From sequence record SRR20825010_3251: 35,316 bases of DNA; one strand, 5' to 3'. Below are positions 19,466 to 30,401 of this stretch, one piece after another. The position numbers and the translations under genes are program-made. Numbering within the stretch: the first letter of the stretch is position 1; each line of letters begins with the position of its first letter. The notes under the pieces were generated by a model. The model did no database searches. It was not told where the DNA came from and saw nothing but the letters and a program-made list of their open reading frames with translations.

Positions 19466-19975
19466 TCAAACGGTTTGAAGCTTGTCTTGCTTCTTCATCT
19501 TGGTTTTGATGCGGGTCTGCTTCAGTTGCGACAGGTATTCCACAAACACCTTGCCGTTCAGGTGGTCAATCTCGTGCTGAATGCACACGGCCAGCAGTTC
19601 GTCGCAATCAATCTCGAACCATTCGCCCTTTACATTCTGGGCGCGCACTTTCACGGTGTCTGGTCGTTCCACTTTCTCGTAAACACCGGGCACCGACAGG
19701 CACCCCTCTTCGTACACCTTGCATTCGTTGCTGGCGTCGACGATTTCCGGGTTAATAAACACCGTCAAACCCGAATTGTCTTCGGTCACGTCAATCACGA
19801 TCACCCGCTTGTGCACGTTCACCTGTGTGGCCGCCAGGCCAACACCGGGCGCATCGTACATTGTTTCTGCCATGTCTTGGGTCAGTTTGACAAGCGCGTC
19901 ATCAAACCGGGTGACAGGGGTGGCAACCGTTTTCAAGCGCGGATCCGGATAACGCAAAATTGGGAGCAAAGCCAT
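19466..19975 (-). CDS. def: Peptide deformylase
   Basis: [13 protein letters not shown] and QHEIDHL. ATG 19975 ([14 protein letters not shown]). Confidence 0.97.
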   Translation of the reverse strand: MALLPILRYPDPRLKTVATPVTRFDDALVKLTQDMAETMYDAPGVGLAATQVNVHKRVIVIDVTEDNSGLTVFINPEIVDASNECKVYEEGCLSVPGVYEKVERPDTVKVRAQNVKGEWFEIDCDELLAVCIQHEIDHLNGKVFVEYLSQLKQTRIKTKMKKQDKLQTV

Positions 19976-20046
19976 CTTTCTAAAAACCTTCACTGTCGAT
20001 ACTTAAAAGGATATACCTTCTGTGGCAAAAATAGTTCGAAAATTCC

Positions 20047-21147
20047 ATGGCTTATTGCATGAATGACCTGCTCGCGGCCATGAACCTGGCCTACAACACA
20101 ACCCTGAAGGCCCGCGCGCGGTATGAGTTAGCCCAACAGGGGCCCGGCCGTATTCTACCCGCCCCATGCGATGCGGTTCGACTTTGGCATTCCATTGCAA
20201 ACACATGGTTGCTGCAAAGCAACACACGGTTCTGGGTCGGTATTCACAGTAAAAACTACCCGGCTGGCCTTCTTGAACTGAAAGACCCGCCCCTGATCCT
20301 GTTTGGTGACGGCAACAGCGAATTGCTGCGTGCCCGCGGGGTCGCCATGGTCGGCAGCCGAAGCGCCACGCGCACCGGCCTGGGCACAGCACAAGGCTTT
20401 GCCAAAGCGTTTGCACAAGCGGGCTGGGCAGTGGTCAGCGGCCTGGCAGATGGCATTGACGGCGCGGCCCACGCTGGCGCGCTACAGGCGAAAGGGGCCA
20501 CCATCGCGGTGCTGGGTTGCGGGCCAGACGAGGTGTATCCCAAACACCACGCGGGTTTGAAAAACCAGATCATTCAACAAGGCGGGCTGGTGTTGTCGGA
20601 GTACCCACCGGGCACAGCGCCACAGCCAGCCTTCTTTCCACGAAGAAACCGCATCATTGCAGCGCTGGCCGATGCCCTGCTGGTGGTGGAGGCCGCATTG
20701 CGGTCTGGCTCCTTGATCACCGCGCGTGTGGCCAGCGAACTGGGCAGACCCGTGGCCGCCATTCCCGGTTCGATCCACAGCAGCCAAAGCAAGGGTTGCC
20801 ACGCCATGATCAAAAAAGGCGCGCTCTTGGTGGAAACTGCGCAGGAATTGCTGGACGAAGCACAGGCCAGCCTGCCGGAATACAAAATTGCCAGCATGTT
20901 GCAAGAAGATGACAACCCCTGCCACGAAGATTTGAACTGCCATGACGACACTGACACTGAGATGGATGAGAGCCTGGCACAGGTGTTGGCCAAGGTTGGC
21001 CATGACCCGCTTCACATCGACACGCTGGCCGGTCAATTGGGTTTGAACACAGAAGACACCCTTGCCGCCCTGACCGAACTGGAGTTGCTGGGGCAGGTTC
21101 TGAGTGAAAGCGGCGGCCGTTGGGTGCGCGCAAATGGTGTATTTTAA
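20047..21147 (+). CDS. dprA: DNA processing protein DprA/Smf
   Basis: YP..L....DPP, AMVGSR, VSGLA.GID..AH, FPRRNRII, VVEA..RSGSLITA, and a C-terminal winged helix (LTELEL.G). Start may be 20059. Confidence 0.93.
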   Translation: MAYCMNDLLAAMNLAYNTTLKARARYELAQQGPGRILPAPCDAVRLWHSIANTWLLQSNTRFWVGIHSKNYPAGLLELKDPPLILFGDGNSELLRARGVAMVGSRSATRTGLGTAQGFAKAFAQAGWAVVSGLADGIDGAAHAGALQAKGATIAVLGCGPDEVYPKHHAGLKNQIIQQGGLVLSEYPPGTAPQPAFFPRRNRIIAALADALLVVEAALRSGSLITARVASELGRPVAAIPGSIHSSQSKGCHAMIKKGALLVETAQELLDEAQASLPEYKIASMLQEDDNPCHEDLNCHDDTDTEMDESLAQVLAKVGHDPLHIDTLAGQLGLNTEDTLAALTELELLGQVLSESGGRWVRANGVF

Positions 21148-21268
21148 AAAAGACTTGCAATCACCCCGAATTCAAGATTCTCCTGAAAGCCTTGATTTGT
21201 TGGATGACTGACACTTACACTTCGGCGCACAAGGCCTTGAAATTACACACACTGACGAGTTGGACTAA

Positions 21269-23845
21269 TTGAGCAGCGAAACCCCAAAAAAATTGATCAT
21301 CGCGGAAAAACCCTCTGTAGCAGCCGATATTGCGCGCTCCCTGGGTGGTTTCACCAAACACGACGATTACTTTGAAAGCGACGAGTACGTGCTGTCCTCG
21401 GCAGTCGGCCATTTGGTTGAAATCAAGGCACCCGACGAATTCGAGGTCAAGCGCGGCAAGTGGAGCTTTGCCAACCTGCCCGTGCTGCCCACACATTTCG
21501 ATTTGAACCCGATTGCGAAAACCGAATCGCGCCTGAAGGTGCTGAACAAGTTGATCAAGCGCAAAGACGTGGCCGGCCTGATCAACGCCTGTGACGCCGG
21601 GCGCGAAGGTGAACTGATTTTCCGCCTGATTGCGCAATATGCAAAATCAAGCAAACCCGTGGAACGCCTGTGGCTACAGTCCATGACACCTGCTGCAATT
21701 CGGCAGGCATTTGCCAGCCTGCGAAGCGATGCTGAAATGATGCCGCTGGCGGATGCCGCGCGTTGCCGCTCGGAAGCCGACTGGCTGGTGGGCATCAATG
21801 GCACACGTGCCATGACCGCATTCAACAGCAAGGAAGGCGGCTTTTACCTGACCACCGTGGGCAGGGTACAAACACCGACGCTTACCATTGTGGTGGAGCG
21901 TGAAGAAAAAATTCGCAAATTTGTGTCGCGCACCTACTTTGAAGTGCGTGCCAGCTTTGGCGCGCAGGCCGGTGCTTATGAAGGCAAGTGGTTTGACCGC
22001 GGCTTCAAGAAGGCCGAAGACCCGGAACAACGCGCCGACCGCCTGTGGGACGAAGCCCGCGCCCAAGCCATTGTGGCTGCCTGCGATGGCAAGCCCGGCA
22101 CCGTGGAAGAAGAAAGCAAACCCACCACACAAATTGCACCACAGCTGTTCGATTTGACCAGCCTGCAACGCGAGGCCAACAGCCGCTTCGGTTTTTCCGC
22201 GAAAAACACGCTGGGCCTGGCCCAGGCGCTGTATGAAAAGCACAAGGTGCTGACCTACCCGCGTACCGATTCAAAGGCGCTGCCTGAAGATTACATGCCC
22301 ACGGTGAACCAGACCCTGAAAAGCTTTGTAGGCCTTGATTCTGGCCACATCGCGGGTGCGTATGGACAGTTTTGCGAACAGATTTTGAAGAACAACTGGG
22401 TCAAACCCAACAAACGGGTGTTCGACAACAGCAAAATTTCAGACCACTTTGCGATTATTCCAACCCTGCAAGTGCCGAAAAACCTGAGCGAACCCGAGGC
22501 CAAGCTGTATGACATGGTCGTAAAGCGTTTCCTGGCGGTGTTTTTCCCGCCAGCGGAATTCAACGTGACCACGCGAATTACCACGGTGGAAAGCCACCCC
22601 TTCAAAACCGAAGGCAAGGTACTGGTGAAACCAGGCTGGCTGGCCATTTACGGCCGTGCCGCTGCTGCTGCGGGCGATGACAGCCTTGTGGCCGTTGAAG
22701 CAGGTGAAAAAGTAAGCACCGATGAAATTGATGTGCACACCCTGCACACCAAGCCACCTGCACGCTACAGCGAAGCGACGCTGCTTTCCGCCATGGAAGG
22801 TGCAGGCAAACTGGTGGAAGAAGAAGAGCTGCGCGATGCCATGGGCACCAAGGGCTTGGGCACACCAGCCACGCGTGCGGCCACCATTGAAGGCTTGATC
22901 AACGAGAAGTACCTGGTGCGCGAAGAGCGTGCGCTGGTGCCCACCGCCAAAGCTTTCCAGTTGCTCACGCTGTTGCGCGGGCTGGACGTGGAAGAACTGA
23001 CTATGCCGGAACTGACTGGCGAGTGGGAATACAAGCTTTCCCTGATGGAAAAGGGCGAGTTGTCCCGCGAGCAGTTCATGCAGGAAATCGCTAAGATCAC
23101 GCAAAACATTGTGGACCGCGCGAAAAACTACACCGAAGAAACCATTCCCGGTGACTACGCCACATTGGTTACGCCTTGCCCGAATTGCGGCAGTGTGGTG
23201 AAAGAAAATTACCGCCGATTTGCCTGCACCAAATGCGAATTTTCCATTTCCAAAGTGCCGGGTGGACGCCAGTTTGAAGTAGAAGAAGTTGAAAAACTGC
23301 TGCAAGAACGCGAACTGCCCATGCTTGACGGGTTCCGCAGCAAGATGGGGCGCCCCTTTGCCGCCGTTCTGAAACTGAATGGTGAACACAAACTGGAATT
23401 TGATTTTGGCCAGGCCAAAGACGATGACAACGGCGAGCCGGTCGACTTCTCCGGCGAAACCCGTTTGGGCCCGTGCCCGAAGTGCGCATCGAATGTGTAC
23501 GAACAAGCCACAAGCTATGTGTGCGAAAAATCAGTGGGGCCGAACAAAAGCTGCGACTTCCGTTCAGGCAAAGTGATTTTGCAACAACCCATTGACCGCG
23601 AACAAATGGAAAAGCTGTTGCTGGATGGCAAAACAGATTTGCTGACCCGGTTTGTATCGTCGAAAACCCGCCGTGCGTTCAAGGCGTTTTTGGTGAAGAA
23701 ACCCGACGGTGCAATTGGTTTTGAGTTCGAGGCGAAAGCCGAGAAAAAACCAGGTGCCACCAAAGGCAAAACAGCAGGCAAAACAGCTGCCAAACCTGCC
23801 AGCAAAACTGCGGCAAAGCCGAAAGCTGCCAAAGAAACATCTTGA
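21269..23845 (+). CDS. topB: DNA topoisomerase III
   Basis: LIIAEKPSVA, NACDAGREGELIF, GRVQTPTL, TYPRTDS (catalytic Tyr), DHFAIIPT, GLGTPATRA, Zn-ribbon-like C-terminal repeats and a Lys/Ala-rich tail. TTG start. Confidence 0.93.
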   Translation: MSSETPKKLIIAEKPSVAADIARSLGGFTKHDDYFESDEYVLSSAVGHLVEIKAPDEFEVKRGKWSFANLPVLPTHFDLNPIAKTESRLKVLNKLIKRKDVAGLINACDAGREGELIFRLIAQYAKSSKPVERLWLQSMTPAAIRQAFASLRSDAEMMPLADAARCRSEADWLVGINGTRAMTAFNSKEGGFYLTTVGRVQTPTLTIVVEREEKIRKFVSRTYFEVRASFGAQAGAYEGKWFDRGFKKAEDPEQRADRLWDEARAQAIVAACDGKPGTVEEESKPTTQIAPQLFDLTSLQREANSRFGFSAKNTLGLAQALYEKHKVLTYPRTDSKALPEDYMPTVNQTLKSFVGLDSGHIAGAYGQFCEQILKNNWVKPNKRVFDNSKISDHFAIIPTLQVPKNLSEPEAKLYDMVVKRFLAVFFPPAEFNVTTRITTVESHPFKTEGKVLVKPGWLAIYGRAAAAAGDDSLVAVEAGEKVSTDEIDVHTLHTKPPARYSEATLLSAMEGAGKLVEEEELRDAMGTKGLGTPATRAATIEGLINEKYLVREERALVPTAKAFQLLTLLRGLDVEELTMPELTGEWEYKLSLMEKGELSREQFMQEIAKITQNIVDRAKNYTEETIPGDYATLVTPCPNCGSVVKENYRRFACTKCEFSISKVPGGRQFEVEEVEKLLQERELPMLDGFRSKMGRPFAAVLKLNGEHKLEFDFGQAKDDDNGEPVDFSGETRLGPCPKCASNVYEQATSYVCEKSVGPNKSCDFRSGKVILQQPIDREQMEKLLLDGKTDLLTRFVSSKTRRAFKAFLVKKPDGAIGFEFEAKAEKKPGATKGKTAGKTAAKPASKTAAKPKAAKETS

Positions 23846-23851
23846 ATGCAG

Positions 23852-25309
23852 TCAAGCCCTGGCACCCCGGGGCTTGATTTTTTCAAGCAATCGAATTGAC
23901 AGCGGCTGGCCCATGCAATGGTCGGCCACCATCCATCCACCCAGGGCGGCCCACAGCAAGCCGCGTGATGCAAAACCAGTGCTCATGTACACCCCGGGCA
24001 TGCCGGGCACCGGGCCAATGGCTGGCAAGCGGTCGTGCCAAACAGAACGCACTGCGCAACGGTGGTCGAGCAGTTCGCCCAAGGGCCACTGCGGAAATGT
24101 GGCTTTGAAACGGGCAATGTTGTCGTTATCCGCTTGCGGGGTCGGGGTTAAATTCAACACTGGCCGCTCATACGTGGCGCCCAGCACCATCCAGTTTTCG
24201 TCAGGCGGCGCAATTGCATAGCTTTCACCCGACAGCACCACCTTTGGCGCTGCCACTGCCCGCATTTTGCTGATTTGCCCCTTCACCGAACCCACGCGAG
24301 CCCCTTCAATAGGGGCCAAAACAATTGATTGTTCGGCGCAGCACACCACCACTGCATCATGTTGCTGGCGAAGCGTTTCCAGATCGCCCACAGGGTTATT
24401 GTAGTGGGTGCTCAACAAACTTCCGCAGGCTTGCAAATTGGCCTGAACCCAACGGGCTGGTTTTACCCAGCCGCCCTGGGGAAAAAACAAACCGCCCAAA
24501 GGGCTGGGCAACACCACATTCGGTTCAACCCAGCGAACCAACTCCTCGGGGAAATCCAGTTGCGACAGCGTTTCCCGCATGCGTTCTGCTTCGTCGAGGG
24601 GTACGGTTTGCAAGTGACCGGGGGTGTCCCAATCTTTGCCTTGTTGAAGCAAGCCCTGTTCGGTCAATTCAGCCAGTGCCTGCACGGTGTGCTCGAAACC
24701 CAGACGGCTTAACCGCGACAAAGGCGAATCACCCCGAGTGATGTGCGGGTGAAACGCCCCGACCCAGTTGCCAGATGCACCAGTGGCAGGCCCCTTGGCC
24801 GAATCAAACAGGTGCACTTGAACCCCCTGTTTGCACAGGGCCCGTGCCACGCTGCTGCCCGCAATGCCGGCACCAACAACCGCAACACTGCGAAAGGTGC
24901 TGACAGGGGTCGCAGGCTGCTTTAATCGCCACGCAGGAGGGCGTTCTGCGTCCGCAGATACATATGCATTCACCGGCCCTTGAAATTCTTGCAAACCTGC
25001 TTTGGCTGGCCCAACCCACAGGTGCAGTTCAGCGTTGAATTGCGGCAGGTCAAAAAAATGCAACCCTGTGGCAAGCGGCTGGTTTGGCAGCGCGGGCAGG
25101 GCAAGTTTTTCCTGGTCTGTCACGGCCAAATAACGCAAACGGGCCTTGGGTTTTGTATTCAGGAATTCAGAGAAAACAGCACCTTCTGCAAAATCCGGAT
25201 CCAACACGGTGAACACACCTTCACTTGCCATCAAAGAGGCGCGCGCAACGTGAAAAGATTCGGGAAGGTGCATGGAAACAAGGCGGGGTTGTGAATGCAG
25301 ACTGGGCAT
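23852..25309 (-). CDS. mnmC: MnmC-like FAD-dependent cmnm5s2U oxidoreductase with a degenerate N-terminal methyltransferase remnant
   Basis: VAVVGAGIAG, A.GASGN..G, GGWV.P, V.GQ, GATY, R....D.LP..G, SRGL. Start uncertain (25309 or 25273; the track's 25366 overlaps a regulatory palindrome). Confidence 0.8.
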   Translation of the reverse strand: MPSLHSQPRLVSMHLPESFHVARASLMASEGVFTVLDPDFAEGAVFSEFLNTKPKARLRYLAVTDQEKLALPALPNQPLATGLHFFDLPQFNAELHLWVGPAKAGLQEFQGPVNAYVSADAERPPAWRLKQPATPVSTFRSVAVVGAGIAGSSVARALCKQGVQVHLFDSAKGPATGASGNWVGAFHPHITRGDSPLSRLSRLGFEHTVQALAELTEQGLLQQGKDWDTPGHLQTVPLDEAERMRETLSQLDFPEELVRWVEPNVVLPSPLGGLFFPQGGWVKPARWVQANLQACGSLLSTHYNNPVGDLETLRQQHDAVVVCCAEQSIVLAPIEGARVGSVKGQISKMRAVAAPKVVLSGESYAIAPPDENWMVLGATYERPVLNLTPTPQADNDNIARFKATFPQWPLGELLDHRCAVRSVWHDRLPAIGPVPGMPGVYMSTGFASRGLLWAALGGWMVADHCMGQPLSIRLLEKIKPRGARA

Positions 25310-25351
25310 TGTAACCCACACTTTGCATGGCAGTTTCAAGGCTTCAATGCT

Positions 25352-25373
25352 AATATGAGCACTCATTCATATT
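25352..25373. promoter_or_regulatory. ArsR/SmtB-family-like inverted repeat upstream of the YeeE/YedE pair
   Basis: AATATGA-GCACTCAT-TCATATT has perfect 7-bp arms. The core TGAG-N6-TTCA resembles the SmtB-type TGAA-N6-TTCA. It ends 14 nt before ATG 25388. Confidence 0.55.
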
Positions 25374-25387
25374 CAAACAGGTGACGC

Positions 25388-25819
25388 ATGCTTTCCATCA
25401 ACTGGGACGCCTTTACCCCTTATCCAGCGTTGCTGGGTGGCCTCTTGATTGGTCTTTCCACCGTGATATTGATTGTGGCAACCGGCCGGGTGGCTGGCAT
25501 CAGCGGCATTCTTGGCGGTTTGCTGAAACCACAGGCCAATGAAACCCTGTGGCGCGCCACCTTTGTGCTGGGCCTGATGGCCGCGCCCTGGCTTTACACG
25601 GCAAGCGTGGGGTCTTTTGAATTTGAAAGCCCGCGTGGCACAGCTGCCCTGATTGTTGCCGGCCTGTTGGTTGGTTACGGAACCCGGTTGGGCTCGGGCT
25701 GTACCAGTGGCCACGGCGTGTGTGGGCTTTCGCGCCTGTCGCCCCGGTCTTTGCTTGCAACCGGGGTGTTCATGGGCGTGGGGTTTGTGTTTGCATCGCT
25801 TGTAATGCACGTGGTTTGA
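25388..25819 (+). CDS. YeeE/YedE-family sulfur-compound transporter subunit (PmpA-like)
   Basis: [39 protein letters not shown]. About four transmembrane segments. Confidence 0.9.
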   Translation: MLSINWDAFTPYPALLGGLLIGLSTVILIVATGRVAGISGILGGLLKPQANETLWRATFVLGLMAAPWLYTASVGSFEFESPRGTAALIVAGLLVGYGTRLGSGCTSGHGVCGLSRLSPRSLLATGVFMGVGFVFASLVMHVV

Positions 25820-25832
25820 ACTGGGGCTTGAC

Positions 25833-26240
25833 ATGAAACACAACAACTTCGGGTTTGCACTGGTCAGTGGTTTGGCTGGTTTGATTTTTGGTTTGGGGCT
25901 GGTCATATCCGGCATGGCCAACCCGGCCAAAGTAATCGGCTTTCTGGATATTTCAGTGCCTTGGGATCCTACACTTGCGTTCGTGATGGGGGGCGCAATC
26001 GCCGTTGCCTTGCCAGGGTTTTACTGGGCTAGGCGCCTGAACAAAAGTTTGTTGGGGCTGCCGATGAATTTGCCTTCTTCCGGGCAAATCGACAAGAGGC
26101 TGTTGATGGGTGCTGCACTGTTTGGCGCAGGCTGGGGCATTGGCGGTTTTTGCCCCGGCCCCGCAGTAGTGGCCGCTGCCAGTTTGTTGCCCGAAGGCTT
26201 GGTTTTCTTCGCAGCCATGCTGGTGGGCATGTTCGCTTTT

Positions 26241-26258
<18 letters not shown>
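25833..26258 (+). CDS. YeeE/YedE-family sulfur-compound transporter subunit (PmpB/DUF6691-like)
   Basis: G..FG.GL..SGM..P.KV.GFLD....WDP.L.FVM and FG.GWG..G.CPGP. Confidence 0.9.
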
Positions 26259-28448
<2,190 letters not shown>

Positions 28449-28513
28449 AGTCCAACAACGGTAGGGCGACATACGCCGTAAAATAGTATGCACGCTTTAG
28501 CGACCGGGTGGTC

Positions 28514-29518
28514 TTAAAAATAAATCATTTCCCACGCATTCAACACTTGCAAATCCACGCCATCCCGTTCGGAAAACATCTTTAACAATTCAAACGCTCT
28601 GGGAAAATCATCCAGCAACGTGGGCATCGGTTTCAAAGCCACTGGCTTGCCTTGTTCAAGCAGTGCTTGCGTAAAGTCATCCCAATGAATCAAATAGACT
28701 TTTTTTGCCAGGGTACTGACCACCATTTCCTGCCAGTAGTCTGCAATGTACTGATCATCGAGCTTGCCCAAACCCCCTGTTCCCAGAAAAACCGTATTCA
28801 CGGTCAACCCTTTGTTCTGCCCGGCCACAAAACCTGCACTGGGCTGAATCAATGCAAACGGCATCGGCCCCACCGCAGGGTGCGACACCACAAAACTGTA
28901 ACTCAACCCTTCCTTGAATGACAAGGCATGCGCTGGCAAACGCAATGGCTGTTTGTTGAAACCACCCGTGAACCCAGTTGGCGCATGCGCAGACAGAATA
29001 AGTTTGACCTCAAATTCGCCTAGGCTAGCCAGGCCACCCTGCTGCATCACTTCCATTTGCATGGCTGGCAGGTTCTGGCCTTGGGCAATTTGCCAGGTGG
29101 ATTGCGAACCATACACGCGACCACCAAACTGCCGGGTCAAAAACGGTGCATCCAGGGAATGATCGTAATGTGAATGTGCCACCACAATGCCGCTTAGTGC
29201 AGAAGGCACTTCAAGCCTTCGAAATATTTCATGGGCCACTTCCAGCACTCGGCTTTCTTCCACGTTCAAACGCGACAACAACACATCACCAACCGCCTGG
29301 CGCGAGAAAAAACCATCCACCATCCATGTGCTTTGTCCATCGGTCCACGCCATGGACGATGTGCCCAAAAACAGCATTCGAACTGCCTTGCCAGTGGGTT
29401 GCGCCGGGCGTTGTGTGACGGAAAAATCCGGATGCATTTGCAACAGAAAAACCAAGGCACCCACTGCAATCAATGCGGCACAGGTCAACACAATCAATGT
29501 AGTTCGCAACAAGCGCAT
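28514..29518 (-). CDS. Metallo-beta-lactamase-fold hydrolase with an N-terminal membrane anchor
   Basis: DGFFSR, HSHYDH (HxHxDH), SAH, IHWDDF and a hydrophobic N-terminus. ATG 29518 has AAGGA upstream. Confidence 0.85.
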   Translation of the reverse strand: MRLLRTTLIVLTCAALIAVGALVFLLQMHPDFSVTQRPAQPTGKAVRMLFLGTSSMAWTDGQSTWMVDGFFSRQAVGDVLLSRLNVEESRVLEVAHEIFRRLEVPSALSGIVVAHSHYDHSLDAPFLTRQFGGRVYGSQSTWQIAQGQNLPAMQMEVMQQGGLASLGEFEVKLILSAHAPTGFTGGFNKQPLRLPAHALSFKEGLSYSFVVSHPAVGPMPFALIQPSAGFVAGQNKGLTVNTVFLGTGGLGKLDDQYIADYWQEMVVSTLAKKVYLIHWDDFTQALLEQGKPVALKPMPTLLDDFPRAFELLKMFSERDGVDLQVLNAWEMIYF

Positions 29519-29551
29519 TCCGTTTCCTTGATTCAATTTCACCACCCCATG

Positions 29552-29583
29552 AAAAAAGCCACCCGGAATCGAGTGGCTTTTTT
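29552..29583 (-). terminator. Rho-independent terminator after the cytochrome gene (symmetrical, potentially bidirectional)
   Basis: AAAAAAGCCACCCG-GAAT-CGAGTGGCTTTTTT: GC stem flanked by A6 and T6, 16 nt past the stop at 29600. Confidence 0.88.
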
Positions 29584-29599
29584 GTGCATCGGTGAAAAA

Positions 29600-30184
29600 T
29601 TACTTGGTCACCAGTGCAGCCAAATGTGCTTCTTCAACCGACATTGCGATTTTGCCTGCGTGACCGTCCAACATCTGGACGCTCTTGCGGGTATCGAAAT
29701 ATTTGTCGTAGTGGAAAATATAATCTTTGTCCGCCAAAGGTACGTGGCATCCACGGCAAGTGGCGTAGTCAACCTTGGCAGGCTGGCCATTGGCCTCGAA
29801 TGCAGCATACACCCAGTCGCCAGTCTTCAGACCTTCTGGCGCTGTACTTCCCCAGTTGTTACCCTTGTACATCACAAATACTTTTTCCAGGCCAGCCTTG
29901 GTCATTTTGTCGCCGGTTTTGTTGGCCTTGTAAATTTCCATCACGCTGACAGTGCCATTGGCAAATGCGTCGCCCTTTTTGGCTGCTGCGCCTGTCGGGT
30001 TGATGTAAATATCACGAATGTGGCCAGTGGGCTTCTCGATTCCAGCCAGAAATACGGGCCATGACTTGTAATCCGTGGGCTGAGCCAATTCGCCATCTTT
30101 GGGGGCTGGGCCAAACGCACCGCCAGCGGCGCAACCCGCTAAAATTACAGCCGCAGAAGCAGCAAGCATTAATTTCTTCATCAT
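29600..30184 (-). CDS. Cytochrome P460-family (c'-beta-like) monoheme lipoprotein
   Basis: Lipobox LAGC, P.DYK.W, IYIN, F..GTV.V.E, VMYK, GDW.YA.F and a C-terminal CRGCH followed by DY.F. AAGGGG Shine-Dalgarno before ATG 30184. Confidence 0.85.
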   Translation of the reverse strand: MMKKLMLAASAAVILAGCAAGGAFGPAPKDGELAQPTDYKSWPVFLAGIEKPTGHIRDIYINPTGAAAKKGDAFANGTVSVMEIYKANKTGDKMTKAGLEKVFVMYKGNNWGSTAPEGLKTGDWVYAAFEANGQPAKVDYATCRGCHVPLADKDYIFHYDKYFDTRKSVQMLDGHAGKIAMSVEEAHLAALVTK

Positions 30185-30401
30185 TTCCCCTTTTTTTGTT
30201 TGCGCAACAGTTGTTACCCCCTGAAACATAGCGCTGTGGCCGATTCTTGGCAACTGTTGGATCAAGGCAGCATTGGATGCAAGGGTTTACCCTGATTTAA
30301 GGCAGATGCTCTGTGACAAAGCAATGACCAGTCACACTGAGAACACCCTCCAACCAAAACTGCATTCCACGGGTATTACAGGCTGATGTTGTTCAATCTG
30401 G

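Noticed and set aside
21236-21265. CTTGAAA upstream of topB as a sigma32 promoter
   Set aside because: There is no CCCCAT-like -10 at 13-14 nt spacing.
22439-23506. 355-aa minus-strand ORF, and similar 200-280 aa shadows at 5501-6292, 14764-15435, 27222-28073, 29231-30064 and 31059-31862
   Set aside because: All lie on top of well-supported genes on the opposite strand or in another frame, with no family motifs or ribosome-binding sites that I could identify.
30185-30265. Longer start for the cytochrome
   Set aside because: The signal peptide and Shine-Dalgarno point to ATG 30184 (or 30181).
30311-30330. Pho-box-like direct repeat (minus strand TGGTCAT-TGCT-TTGTCAC)
   Set aside because: It has the right 11-nt period but is degenerate and oriented away from phoX. 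Too weak to call without a position-weight-matrix scan.
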